Source: Octopus sinensis (Eukaryota). From it: a DNA stretch of 64,000 bases. The stretch lies in NCBI RefSeq assembly GCF_006345805.1, contig NC_042998.1, forward strand, positions 27,838,001 to 27,902,000, read 5' to 3'. The notes under the pieces were generated by a model. That model was not told the DNA's origin and ran no database searches. It worked only from the letters and a program-made list of their open reading frames with translations. Below, piece after piece: positions 39,389 through 50,795 of this stretch; the stretch's first letter is position 1; each line of letters opens with the position of its first letter. A program made the position numbers and the translations under genes.

Positions 39389-40464
39389 TAAATATTATTT
39401 TCTACACTAGGCACAAGGTCTGAAATTTCTGGCGAGGGGCTGCAGTCGGTTAGATCGATCCCAGTATGCAAATAAAGTAACCTGTCTCATCAGATCACTA
39501 GAGCATCACGGTTACATTGATAGTTCAACTCTAAATAGGCACGCAAATTTCACTATTCACATTTTACAGTGTAAATCGGATCAACTGGAACCCTCGTCGT
39601 CATACCCGACGGTCTACCATAAAAATACTTCATATAAAAAGAAAAAAGAAACGTCTACCATAAAAAAAGAAGTGAATATAGATTTATTTAAATAGTGACT
39701 TTCGCAGGGTCACTGCCGTTTCGCAACTCTTCCATGTAGTGTTAATTTCAGTATGTAAAAATTAAAGTATGCCAAATTAATTTCCGTATGCAAAGTTCCC
39801 TCTTCGTATTTACAGTGTATGGAAGGTTCGAGAAAATGCATTGATTTGGTCTGTAAAGAGCAAAGACATCCCATGGTTCTATTTATAATTAAATTTAATT
39901 CACCACATATGAATTCCCTCAGGTCAATTAAGTTAAAGAAATAGAAAATTAAGGAATTTTCCATCCTTACTTTAAACAAAACAGCATTAAGAAATACCAG
40001 GAGATAAAATGATAAAATCAAAACTAAAAAAAAAAACAAAACATAAAAGTATAAACAAATAATGTAAATGATTTATGAAGGCAATTACACAGGTGTGAAG
40101 GCTGGATTAGGTGGAGGGGGGACAGCTGGTAATTTAAAGAGTCTAATGAATTCATAGATTCATAGATGAGCTCTTCTTGGCAGGGAATTAATCTAATTAC
40201 AAACAAGCTGTGTTCTTTAATTATAAGCTTTTATTCGTCAGCCAAGATCACAAAGCATCCTCAGAATGAATTGAACTTTCAACAATCATACTCTCACAGC
40301 AGCAACACTTGGATGTTTTTCACAGAGCGTTTTTATCGGGATTAGACAAAGTACATACACACATACTCATAGAATCACATCTACATAGGCATATATACAC
40401 ACATCTATTGTAGAACATGTAGAAAGATATATTTTTTCAACACGTAAATACTGAACAGTATATA

Positions 40465-40863
40465 TCTATATATATATATATATATATATAAAGCTGAAGT
40501 TGTTTGTGTGTGGCAGGTTTGGTAGCCTTCAACTAACACTATCTCCTCCGAGACCCTGCGACGCAAGTTGACCAAACTTGAGAGTATGATAGAAGAAGGC
40601 TTGCTCTTCCTTCCGTAGAAGAAAAAAATTCAAATAGGACCTTGTTAACACCAAAAATTATTAACATAAAAAAGGTGCATTTTTTCTATGAAAATTCCTA
40701 TTTTTTACGATTTTTTGACTGCTGTGTCGCCAGTTTTCGGTGTATTTCAACCAGAAAAATGTTCACTTAAAGAGAATAATACAAAATTTTTACTTTTCAA
40801 AAATTCCAATTCTAAAGGGTCGAAAAGTAAACAAACGCGAGCAACGCCGGGCGATACTGCTAG
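40465..40863 (+). mobile_element. Non-autonomous Helitron-like element
   Basis: A|TC start and GAGCAACGCCGGGCGATACTGCTAG|T end, shared with 25482-25878. Confidence 0.72.
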
Positions 40864-41103
40864 TAAAGGATAACATACTTTTAATAGAAGAAAAATTTGC
40901 CGGCAAATTTTCTACTCTTAAAAGTATTTTATCCTTTATATATACTGTTCGGTATTTACGTATTGAAAAAATATATATTTCTACTTCTTCTACAATACAT
41001 TTCAACGTTTCAAAAGCAAACTTATGTTTGTTTACAAAAGGCGTAATACACATATGTATATATAAAAACACACACGCATACACACACAAATATATACAAT
41101 GAG

Positions 41104-41258
41104 GTTCTTTCTGTTTCCGTCTACTAAATACAATCAAGATGTTTTCGTTGTCCCGAGAATATAGATGACACTCGCTCAAGGTTCCACGCAATGGGACTGA
41201 GCCCCAAACTATGTGGTTGCGAAGGAAGTTTCTTCCCACACAGCAACGCCAGCGCCTA
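41104..41258 (-). mobile_element. Diverged SINE family A, left half
   Basis: Reverse-complement similarity. Confidence 0.65.
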
Positions 41259-41648
41259 TATGTATATATGTTTCTGTGTGTGTTTGTTCGTGTATCATTC
41301 TTAAACGAGACCATGATTGACAGCTACTCCACTGTTTCAGTCACAACCATTTGGCTGGGAAGCAAGCTTCTCATCACACAATCATCCTTACGTGTGCGTA
41401 TAATACATACATACATACATACATACATACATACATACATACATACATACATACATACATACATACACACGTACCTATACATATATACAGTGATTCTGCA
41501 TTTGTCACCTGAATTGGTGACAGTGTGATTAAAGATTGCATATATATATATAATTATTATTTGAGGGAATATTAATCCTAACTTACAGGGAAAAAATTCA
41601 ATTTAGAAATACTAAATCAAATTTCACACAATATAATATATATATAAA

Positions 41649-41956
41649 AATTAGAAAAAAACACCTTTTATCAAATCAAAATGAACAACTAAATTACACC
41701 ATCTAGAAAATTGCATGTAATAGAAATATTAAAATTAAAATAACAATAAAATACCGATGATTAAGTAAATTGCAAAAAAATAATAAAAATGTTATTCTAC
41801 CATTTATATACATTTTTATTATTTTTTTGCTTGTTACTTAATCATCGGTATTTTATAGTTATTTTAATTTTAATATTTCTATTATTATATGTAATTTTCT
41901 AGATGGTGTAATTTAATTGTTCATTTTGAATTGATAAAAGGTGGTTATTTCTAATT
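41649..41956. repeat. Imperfect inverted repeat, ~145-bp arms, 17-nt spacer
   Basis: 41649-41792 is the reverse complement of 41810-41956, about 90% by eye. Confidence 0.88.
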
Positions 41957-41958
41957 TA

Positions 41959-41995
<37 letters not shown>

Positions 41996-42079
41996 ATAAT
42001 ATATATATATATACATACATACATACATATATATATATATAATATATATATATATATATAATATATATATATATGTATG

Positions 42080-42190
<111 letters not shown>

Positions 42191-42285
42191 AAATAAGGGT
42201 GGAATATAATTAATTTAATAAAATTAATAAATTTCACCTAGTAGGTTTATCGGTGTGGAAAAGACCATATTTGGTAAGGGTTATA

Positions 42286-42448
42286 ATAATTATAATTAAG
42301 GGTTAATTGCAACAAGTTGCTCAAAACCACATACCGAAAATATTAGAAATAGCAGCCAAAATTGATCACTATTTCCCCTACTAATAAAAAGTCTTCACGG
42401 TATATGGTTTTGAGCAACTTGTTGCAATTAACCCTTAATTATAATTAT
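42286..42448. repeat. Inverted repeat, 51-bp arms, 61-nt spacer
   Basis: 42286-42336 versus 42398-42448, one mismatch. Confidence 0.9.
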
Positions 42449-42686
42449 ATATTATAAATTTATATATATATATATATATTATTTGAAATAGAAAGATGAA
42501 TAATCTTGTAGTAGATTAATCAAAAGTTTAACCGATACCTTGGTAGCAAAAATCACAGCAGTAAAACCACGGTGGAGGTACAACCATATGGTGTTGCAAC
42601 CGTGCGTTGGTGCGGATAATTGAAATTAAAATATTATTGGTGAATTGAAGAAATGGAGCTGAACGCAGATTGAACAGAAATCGTTT

Positions 42687-42779
42687 TATTTCATTCTACA
42701 CGTGTTTCGAAAGGCACAATTTACCAAAATCCGATTGAATAATGGGACCATATTGTGTCTTTCTCTTCAGGAAGAAATA
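42687..42779 (-). ncRNA. Type-I hammerhead ribozyme motif (left arm of fold-back)
   Basis: Exact mirror of 43145-43237. Confidence 0.78.
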
Positions 42780-43144
42780 GAAAATCCGTTGGAAAAAACA
42801 AAAACAGAGCAGAGGCGGAGCAAAAACAAATCGAACGAGGCTCCTAAGAGCCCATGGCGAAACTGTTTATCAGTGTATGTTGAGAACCGGTGGCTGAAGA
42901 ATTTAACGGGTCAGGCATCGGTCAATCATGTGGGTGAGGGTGTGTAGATGTTCTTTGTGACCGAGAATAAAGAACATCTACACACCCTCACCCACATGAT
43001 TGACCGATGCCTGACCCGTTAAATTCTTCAGCCACCGGTTCTCAACATACACTGATAAACAGTTTCGCCCTGGGCTCTTAGGAGCCTCGTTCGATTTGTT
43101 TTGCTCCGCCTCTGTTCTGTTTTTGTTTTTTCCAACGGATTTCC

Positions 43145-43237
43145 TATTTCTTCCTGAAGAGAAAGACACAATATGGTCCCATTATTCAATCGGATTTTGG
43201 TAAATTGTGCCTTTCGAAACACGTGTAGAATGAAATA
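43145..43237 (+). ncRNA. Type-I hammerhead ribozyme motif, canonical core
   Basis: UAUUUCUUC-CUGAAGA-GAAAGACACAAU...AUUGUGCCUUUC-GAAAC-ACGU-GUA-GAAUGAAAUA. Stem II pairs 11 of 12, stem I is 9 bp with one bulge, stem III is palindromic ACACGUGU; AATAAA at 43234. Confidence 0.8.
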
Positions 43238-43287
43238 AAACGATTTCTGTTCAATCTGCGTTCAGCTCCATTTCTTCAATTCACCAA

Positions 43288-43346
<59 letters not shown>

Positions 43347-43742
43347 GTGTGTGTGTGTGTGTGTGTTAGTGTGTTTATACATGTATACATATATTGAAGT
43401 CTGTATATAATCGTGCACGTTATATATTATGAGAGATAGATGAGGAAGTTAGAGGAGAATTAATAAAAAAAATAGATTAAACTCAATAAGATCGGAAGCG
43501 ACACTCTGATGTCATAATCTGACAACAATTCTCTACCACAAACCAACGCTTTACCCATTACGACTTGCTCTCTCTATCTCTCCTTATATAGATATGTTTT
43601 TCCTTGAGTAATTTCTGTTCTACCCCAAGGTACCACGATCTGGAGAGAGTATGCTTATGCATTTTTCTAGTTGTATCTAGGTATGAGAAGCACGGTAACG
43701 GTCTGCTGAGAAATGACGACGTGGGTTCAAGGCCAACGGCGG

Positions 43743-44035
43743 ATACGACGATGTGGGTCCCAGCTGATACGATCAACGGAACAGCCTGCTCGTGAAATTA
43801 ACGTGCAAGTGGCTGGGTACTCCACAGACACGTGTTCCCTTAACATAATTGTCAAGGTGATTCAGCGTGACACAGAGGCCTTTAGAAATACTGGTCCTAC
43901 TCATTTTTGCCAGCTGGATGGACTGGAGCAACGTGAAATAATGTGTCTTGCTCAAGGACTCCACGCGTCGCCGGGAATTGAACTGACGACCTTACGATCG
44001 TGAACCGAATGCCCTAACCACTAAGCCACGCGCCC
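43743..44035 (-). mobile_element. SINE head C + tail E
   Basis: Reverse complement of head C joined to tail E. Confidence 0.85.
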
Positions 44036-44482
44036 ACACGGCGATGCATACTCATAGACATAAACATACATATATATGAATATATCTAAAGTGTCTTTTG
44101 TCGCTTTGACCGTATGTGTATGCATGTATAATTGTAAGTGAAGATTAATGTATTGTATTCTAGTTTCTTCAAACCTGTTACTCATCTTGGGTGGGGTGGG
44201 GTCTTGGTGTTCCTTTAGAAGATCATCTTTGAATTTACGGTTTTAATGTGAGTATCTTTATTGTTTTATATTTCCCTGAGTATTTTTGGAACTTCGGGCC
44301 AAAGAAACGTTTTATTTTTATTCCGCTTGAAATAGATATTTTTTTTTTACCAACCATAATACTGTGCTATATATGTGTGTGTGTGTGTGTGTATAAATAC
44401 ACAGTAGAACGTCGGTTTTCGAACAACTTTGTTCACGAATAAATCGTACTTTATCTCCTGTCGTTCTCATATTCATTTAATA

Positions 44483-44645
44483 CAGTAGTACCTCGGTTTA
44501 CGCACACCTCTGATCACGAATAAATCGTGCTTTATATATATAGCTTTCTCTCACTCTCTCTCTGCATATATATATATATATATAAAGCACGATTTATTTG
44601 CGATTTATTTGCGATTAGAGTTGTCCGAAAACCGAGGTACTAATG
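44483..44645. mobile_element. Tigger/pogo-like palindromic MITE (extra left end at 44402-44452)
   Basis: TA-CAGTAGTACCTCGGTTT left end, AAACCGAGGTACTAATG right end, and inverted AATAAATCGTGCTTTATA. Confidence 0.7.
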
Positions 44646-44756
44646 TGTATATATATTGAGCGAAAACACCGAAAGCGCCACATGTGATCTCTTGAGCACC
44701 ACCAGCAAAAATATTTTTTCCTCTGTCTTCCCTTCTTGGGATCTTTCTTTCTCCTT

Positions 44757-44791
44757 GTTTCCGACGAAGAGCTCCGCTCGAAACGTTAAAC
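44757..44791 (+). ncRNA. Minimal type-I hammerhead-like motif (U4C, extra A after A9)
   Basis: GUUU-CCGACGA-A-GAGC(UCC)GCUC-GAAAC-GUU-AAAC; palindromic AACGUU; (TA)n ~98 nt downstream. Confidence 0.6.
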
Positions 44792-44889
44792 CCTCCTTCC
44801 CTTCTTTCCTGAGCGTCAAATAATACTTTAATTGTTCCACGTACTCGCGTTGCTGTGTTTTTTTTCTGTGTTTTCTTGTTTGGATTACC

Positions 44890-44923
<34 letters not shown>

Positions 44924-45674
44924 TATATATGTAAAAGAAAAGCCAGCAGTATTACCTGCAAACTGTAATACCTTGTTTATAAATATTTTAATTACTTCTT
45001 TAGCCTACAATTCGTGTACAAACTCTCTTTTTAATCTTATATAGCGATATGCAGAAGTGCATTAAACATTTCATAATTTCATTGATAATTTGTTTTTAAT
45101 ATCAGATTTTAATGCAATGCAAATTGGATATATTGTATATTGTTTATATATCATATATTGTTTCCACACACACCCACACACACACTAGATATTAACGCAA
45201 ATCATATCATCCAAATATTAAAAGTTTATATATTTCAGTTTGTTTTATGAATGTTAATTATTTCGTTGTTAGATTAAATATATTCCAAGCCATAGGAATT
45301 CAAATGATCTAAATGAGAATTTCAATTTAGTTATATTTGAAATCTGCCATCCTTGTAGACGATGGACGCAATCGAATTTAGAATTTCCATATTTATTAAG
45401 AATTTTGTAAATCCACTTAGAGTAACTCTACTGAAACATAATATTACTTTCCGTTTACTAAATCCATTTGCTAATTTATTAATTATTAGAATATTTCGAG
45501 TCATCTGCCTCACTTATGAAAACATACTTCCAGAATATATTTTATTTGAAATATAGTTTTCATTGCCAGACGCTTTTATAAAATATTAAATCATAACTTT
45601 GTAAACTATTTTCAATCTCATTTCATTCACATCGTGTAACGCTTGAATTAATGCCTCTTTACATTGTGCAGAGT

Positions 45675-46032
45675 GGAGGCGCAATGGCCCAGTGGTTACG
45701 GCAGCAGACTCGCGGTCAGAAGATCGCGGTTTCGATTCCCAGACTGGGCGCTGTGAGTGTTTATTGAGCGAAAACACCGAAAGCGCCACGAGGCTTCAGC
45801 AGGGAATGGTGGTGAACCCTACTGTACTCTTTCATTACAACTTTCTCTCACTCTTTCTTTCTTTTTCTGTTATACCTGTATTTCAAAGGGCCAGCCTTGT
45901 CACACTCTGTGTCACGCTGAATCTCCACCGAGAACTACGTTAAGGGTACACGTGTCTGTGGAGTGCTCAGCCACTTGCAAGTTAATTTCACGGATCAAGT
46001 GGAATCCTCGTCGTCGTAACCGACGGAGTTCC
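45675..46032 (+). mobile_element. SINE head D + tail E
   Basis: Matches 38732-39110. Confidence 0.9.
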
Positions 46033-46440
46033 ATAGTCTACAGAAGCGTGGCTATGGTGTTTAGAAGTCAAGCCTACTACATACTAAATGGTCAAATGGT
46101 TTCTACTTTGGCCCTAGGTCTACCCAAGACTCGTGAGTAAAAGTGAGGAAATTATGCAAAAGTCCGTCGCATGTCTTCTTGGATAGTGGAACAAAATCCC
46201 TCGCTCAGTTTCAAGCCACCAAATGACATTCAGAATACTGTAATTTACTACTTTCTGCGGAAGGTATTTGGACTAAGTTTCATGTCTGAGAATCGTAGAG
46301 TTTTCCCCTTTGAAGACATCAGTTCTAATGGATCGGTAAGTTTATGGACACGAGCTTTCATTTCAAATTAACACATAAAAATGTACAATTGCATTTATTT
46401 TTGCAAATTATATGATCTAGGAATGATATACCTCCATATA

Positions 46441-46608
46441 GGCGTTGGATTGGCCGTGTGGTAAATAGCTTGCTTACGAACCACATGGTTCCGGGTTCAA
46501 GTCTACTGCGTGGCACCTTGGGTAAGTGTCGTCTACTATAGCATCGGGCTGACCAAAGCCTTGTGAGTGGATTTGGTAGACGGAAACTGAAAGAATCCCG
46601 TCGTATAC

Positions 46609-46644
<36 letters not shown>

Positions 46645-46844
46645 TGTGTGTGTGTGTTTGTACCCCCAACATCGCTTGACAGCCGATGCTGGTGTGTTTA
46701 CGTCCCCGTAACTTAGTGGTTCGGCAATAAGTACTAGGCTTACAAAGAATAAGTCCTGGGGTCGATTTGCTCGACTAAAGGCGGCGCGCCAGCATGGCCG
46801 CAGTCAAATGACTGAAACATGTAAAAAAAAAAGTGCAAAAGAGT
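46441..46844 (+). mobile_element. SINE family A
   Basis: Full copy with a small internal deletion. Confidence 0.9.
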
Positions 46845-47338
46845 ATACAATTCAGTAACAGTCATAATTATCATCGCAAAAGCTAATTTATTCTTATACT
46901 TTTAGTAAAAATCCACACAGATAAGAAGTGAAATGTGGCATTTCATTGAAATTATTTCGTTGAATGATATTCAATATGATAATGTTTTACTGTCTTTTGT
47001 ATTGGTTTATCAATTGTCGCATCAGTGTCTTATATATTTGTTAGTCTAATGTTATGCATTTTTCTAACAGTTTTTTTTAAAGCAAAATCTTAAAGAATAT
47101 AGACTGCACGAAGATGTTGCTATGCTATTGTATTGAATGTACCATATTATTAATATCAATATTAACATATTGGTGATGTTTATTCCTCCCTGTAGTTTAA
47201 AATTTTTCTATCAGTTTGAAAAGATTTCAAAAGATTCGACAGAACAAATACTTTTTCTTAAATTTCATTGTATTCGATAGTGATAGCACACACACACACA
47301 CAGACACACACGCACATGTATGTAAATATGTGTTTGCA

Positions 47339-47371
<33 letters not shown>

Positions 47372-48623
47372 GTGAATGTGTGAGCGTGTGCGTCCGTGTA
47401 TGCGTGTCTATGTATGTATAATATATATACATCACAGCATGTGATACGTGTTATATGAAAATATATATACACACATAGAGATGTCTTCTAAGAAGATTGG
47501 TGGCTTGCTTCAAAAAGTTTCGAGTTTGAAAGCTGTTTTCTCCGAAAGCCAGTGGAAAGAGCCATGATTACAATATTGAAGAATATTGAAGAATATATGC
47601 AATCATCTCAATCTAGAAACTCGTTTCTGCAATCTCACAATCTTAAATTTTCGTTGCTGTTGTTGTGTAGTGGAATCAATACCTCGAAGACCGGCTGCAC
47701 TGAATTTTTTTTATACAAGTGTACCAAATTATAAGCAAATTTTCTACCAGAATGTATATTTGATTATACTTCTAATTCTGAAAAGAATATAAATATATTT
47801 TCTGCATCATTCAAGTAACATGTAATTTTCCATCTCATTTTTCCCCTCATTTTTCTTCTTGTGCAGTAATTTGTTTTTTTTTTCCCTTTTGAAGTAGAAG
47901 AAAAATTGTTATTGTATGCACAGCGCTCTATATTGGAAAGTATGTAATTATTTCTGCGTCAGAAGAAGACAATAAAAATGTAAACCATTCTGCTCGACGA
48001 GAAACAGTTGGAAGAAAACAATGACATGGCACTTGAATGATATATATGAATTAAAAGTACAAAAATTCTGACTATAAATAGCCCTCGGCTGTTAGTCTGC
48101 GTGTAAACTGGCTCGGTGTTTAAATGCTTTACTACGTATATATTTGCTTAAACCTTATGAAGCAAAACTTCATAAGTTTAAAATAAGGCTTCTGCGAAAA
48201 ACATTTAAATGTTCCACAACGCGTTCCACGGTTTTCAGCGAAAATATCTCATACTTCTACTTCCTTTCATTTTCTCTGTACAGATGTTGCTCAGGCTTAA
48301 TTATGAACAGCTCATCTTTGACTTGAATTGACTAGTAATATAAATATAATTCTCCCATGGCTAAACCGGTGACTTTATAAAGATATATAATGAAAAAAAA
48401 GAGTGTGTCAAACTTTCATTTGAATTGATTTGCGCTTTCAACCTCTGGTTTACATTGAACACTAAATCGGTGGATGTGAAGCAATAGCATTCCATCCAGG
48501 ACCATTCTATATTTAATCATATTGTTGTCTGATGTTGTATAAGAGACATTTTATTTCTGTTTCTGTAGCGATAGTGAATCCCTAGAAGCCAGAGATATGG
48601 ACTGGTAATAATACTGCATTTCA

Positions 48624-48800
48624 AAGGTGGTGAGCTGGCAGAAACGTCAGCCCGCCGGGCAAAATGCTTAGCGGTGTTTCGTCTGTCTTTATGTTCTGAG
48701 TTCAAATTCCGCCGAGTTCCACTTTGCCTTTCATCCTTTCGGGGTCGATAAATTAAGTACCAGTTACGTACGAGGTCGATCTAATCGACTAGCCCCCTCC
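48624..48800 (+). mobile_element. SINE family B, tail B2 truncated
   Basis: Family B body ending GACTAGCCCCCTCC. Confidence 0.85.
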
Positions 48801-49094
48801 TATAACATGACTAGTTATACCTAGTCATGTTATGTTTTTATTTGATCATCTAGGCCTTACAACAAAAGCGTTCCAGTTAGGGCTGTTATATAGTTTTTGA
48901 AGAATATCGAAGAATACGTTATTCTATGGATTATTTTCTTTTCAAATCAGAAGTGTGACGTCTGTTGGGCATAGGGCTGCTACTTTTAGATCGGTAAGGG
49001 GTTAAGCAGGGTCTCCACTTAGAGAGATCGTATACTACAAAATAAGTCAAATATATTTATATTATGTTTTATATTAGATTAGCATTTAAATTAA

Positions 49095-49305
49095 TGAAGT
49101 GGGTTGACAGAATCGGTAGACTATCGAACACACGTTGCAGTATTTCTTCTACATGTTTACTGTCAGAGTTTTGAACCATCTGAGGTCAACATTGCTTGTC
49201 ATCCTTTCAGGTTGATAAAATAACATGGCCACGAAACAGTGAGGTCAATGTAACCAACTTTTCTCCAGTCCCTCAATGTTACTGATCTTTTTCCAAAATT
49301 AGAAC
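49095..49305 (+). mobile_element. Highly degenerate SINE family B
   Basis: GAGGTCAACATTGCTTGTCATCCTTTCAGGTTGATAAAATAA resembles the B core. Confidence 0.45.
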
Positions 49306-49317
49306 TAATATAACTAA

Positions 49318-50172
49318 TCTATTCTATATTTGTGAAAAGGGCGGGCGTTGTCTCACGTGCAGTTGTCCAGGCAAAAGTGTTAGTAAACGTGGTCGTCTGT
49401 GGGGAATGTGTTGGCGAATGAGCATGGCGAATTTCAGTTTTATCCATTGAAAGGCTTGGCCACTAGGGCAAACTTCATCGTCTTTAAACGGACCTTGACA
49501 AGTGTTTGTCGTTTCTCACTTTCGGCTATCACCCTTTCTCTCTCGACATCTCTCTTTCCTCCCTTCCCTCCTATTTCTCTATATAACGACGTGTGACAGC
49601 TTCCACTATCTTTCTTTCCCTCTTTTTCTTCGCCGTCACTCTGTCGTTTTTCTACCACCGTCTCTGTCGCTGTACGTCTGTCTGTATTTATAGGGAGAAA
49701 GTGTTGACAGACACAAATGTGAGGAATAAAATAGTAAATAATTATATTGTATCGAAAATACGTTTCACTATCTCGAAGTTTAAATATTCCCGCCAAAGGG
49801 CTTTTAGAACGCTGAATTATTATCGCCCACCACCACCGCACAAACATGATAACTTATTATTAATCATTTATACATAGATATGTAATGTGTATACATATGT
49901 ATATATGTATATATATACTTATATATATTTAATGAGTATGTATATATACAATGTATTTATATGTGGTTGGATTGAGCTGAAAATTTGCACACCTATGTTG
50001 AAAGTACTAGTAGGTACTGAGTTTGCTCAATTGAAAGGCGTGGCCTCTAGAGCAAAATTTCTCATTTCTTAAAATGTGGCCCGAGTAGACTCGAATGAAA
50101 TCGGGTTATAATACCAAAACAATAAAAAACTATACCATTTTAATCCCGAGCAAGGCCGGGTTTCTCTGCTAG
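49318..50172 (+). mobile_element. Helitron-like element
   Basis: 3' end CCCGAGCAAGGCCGGGTTTCTCTGCTAG|T; the A|TC 5' start is tentative. Confidence 0.5.
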
Positions 50173-50378
50173 TATTCAATAAAATATCAATGAAGTAATA
50201 TAATTTTGAAGAATTCCAATGCATGCCATATAGTATCACCGTAAATGAAGAATTCATATAAATTTTAAATCATGAAACTCTGTTTTGCCGTGCGGTGGGT
50301 AATTGATCGGTCTCACTGTCATAGACGTGAAATAACTCGAACTACGTGCTACATATTCAACTGAAATTCTGAAGTTTT

Positions 50379-50795
50379 ATTTCTTTATTGCCCACAAGGA
50401 ACTAAGCATAGAGGGGACAAACAAGGACAGACAAAATAATTTAGTCGATTACATCGACTCCGGTGCGTAAATGGTAATTCTTTAATCGACCCCGAAAGGA
50501 TGAAAGGCAAAGTCGACCTCGGCGGAATTTGAACTCAGAACGTAAAGGCAGACGAAATATATATTTCTTAATTACCCACAAGGGGCTAAACACAGAGGGG
50601 ACAAACAAGGACAGACAAAAAAATTTAGTCGATTACATCGACTCCGGTGCGTAAATGGTACTTCTTTAATCGACCCCGAAAAGATGAAAGGTAAAGTCGA
50701 TCTCGGCGGAATTTGAACTCAGAACGTAAAGGCAGACGAAATATCGCTAAGCATTTCGCCCGGCGTGCCAACGATTCTGCCAGCTTGTCGCCCTT
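50379..50795 (-). mobile_element. Tandemly duplicated SINE family B
   Basis: Units 50379-50559 and 50563-50795 share private variants (GACTCCGGTGCGTAAATGGTA). Confidence 0.9.

Larger units (their letters stand above)
42630..43294. repeat. Near-perfect fold-back, 327/326-bp arms, 12-nt loop
   Basis: 42630-42956 versus 42969-43294: 3 substitutions and 1 indel seen. Confidence 0.97.

Noticed and set aside
42840-42870. CTAAGAG-CC-CAT-GG-CGAAAC in the left arm (+ strand)
   Set aside because: Lacks G5, and the stem is not kept in the other arm.
44185-44215. G-rich run GGGTGGGGTGGGG
   Set aside because: Only three G3+ tracts; not a canonical quadruplex.
48985-49005. CGGTAAGGGGTTAA piggyBac-like end
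   Set aside because: No partner TIR found.
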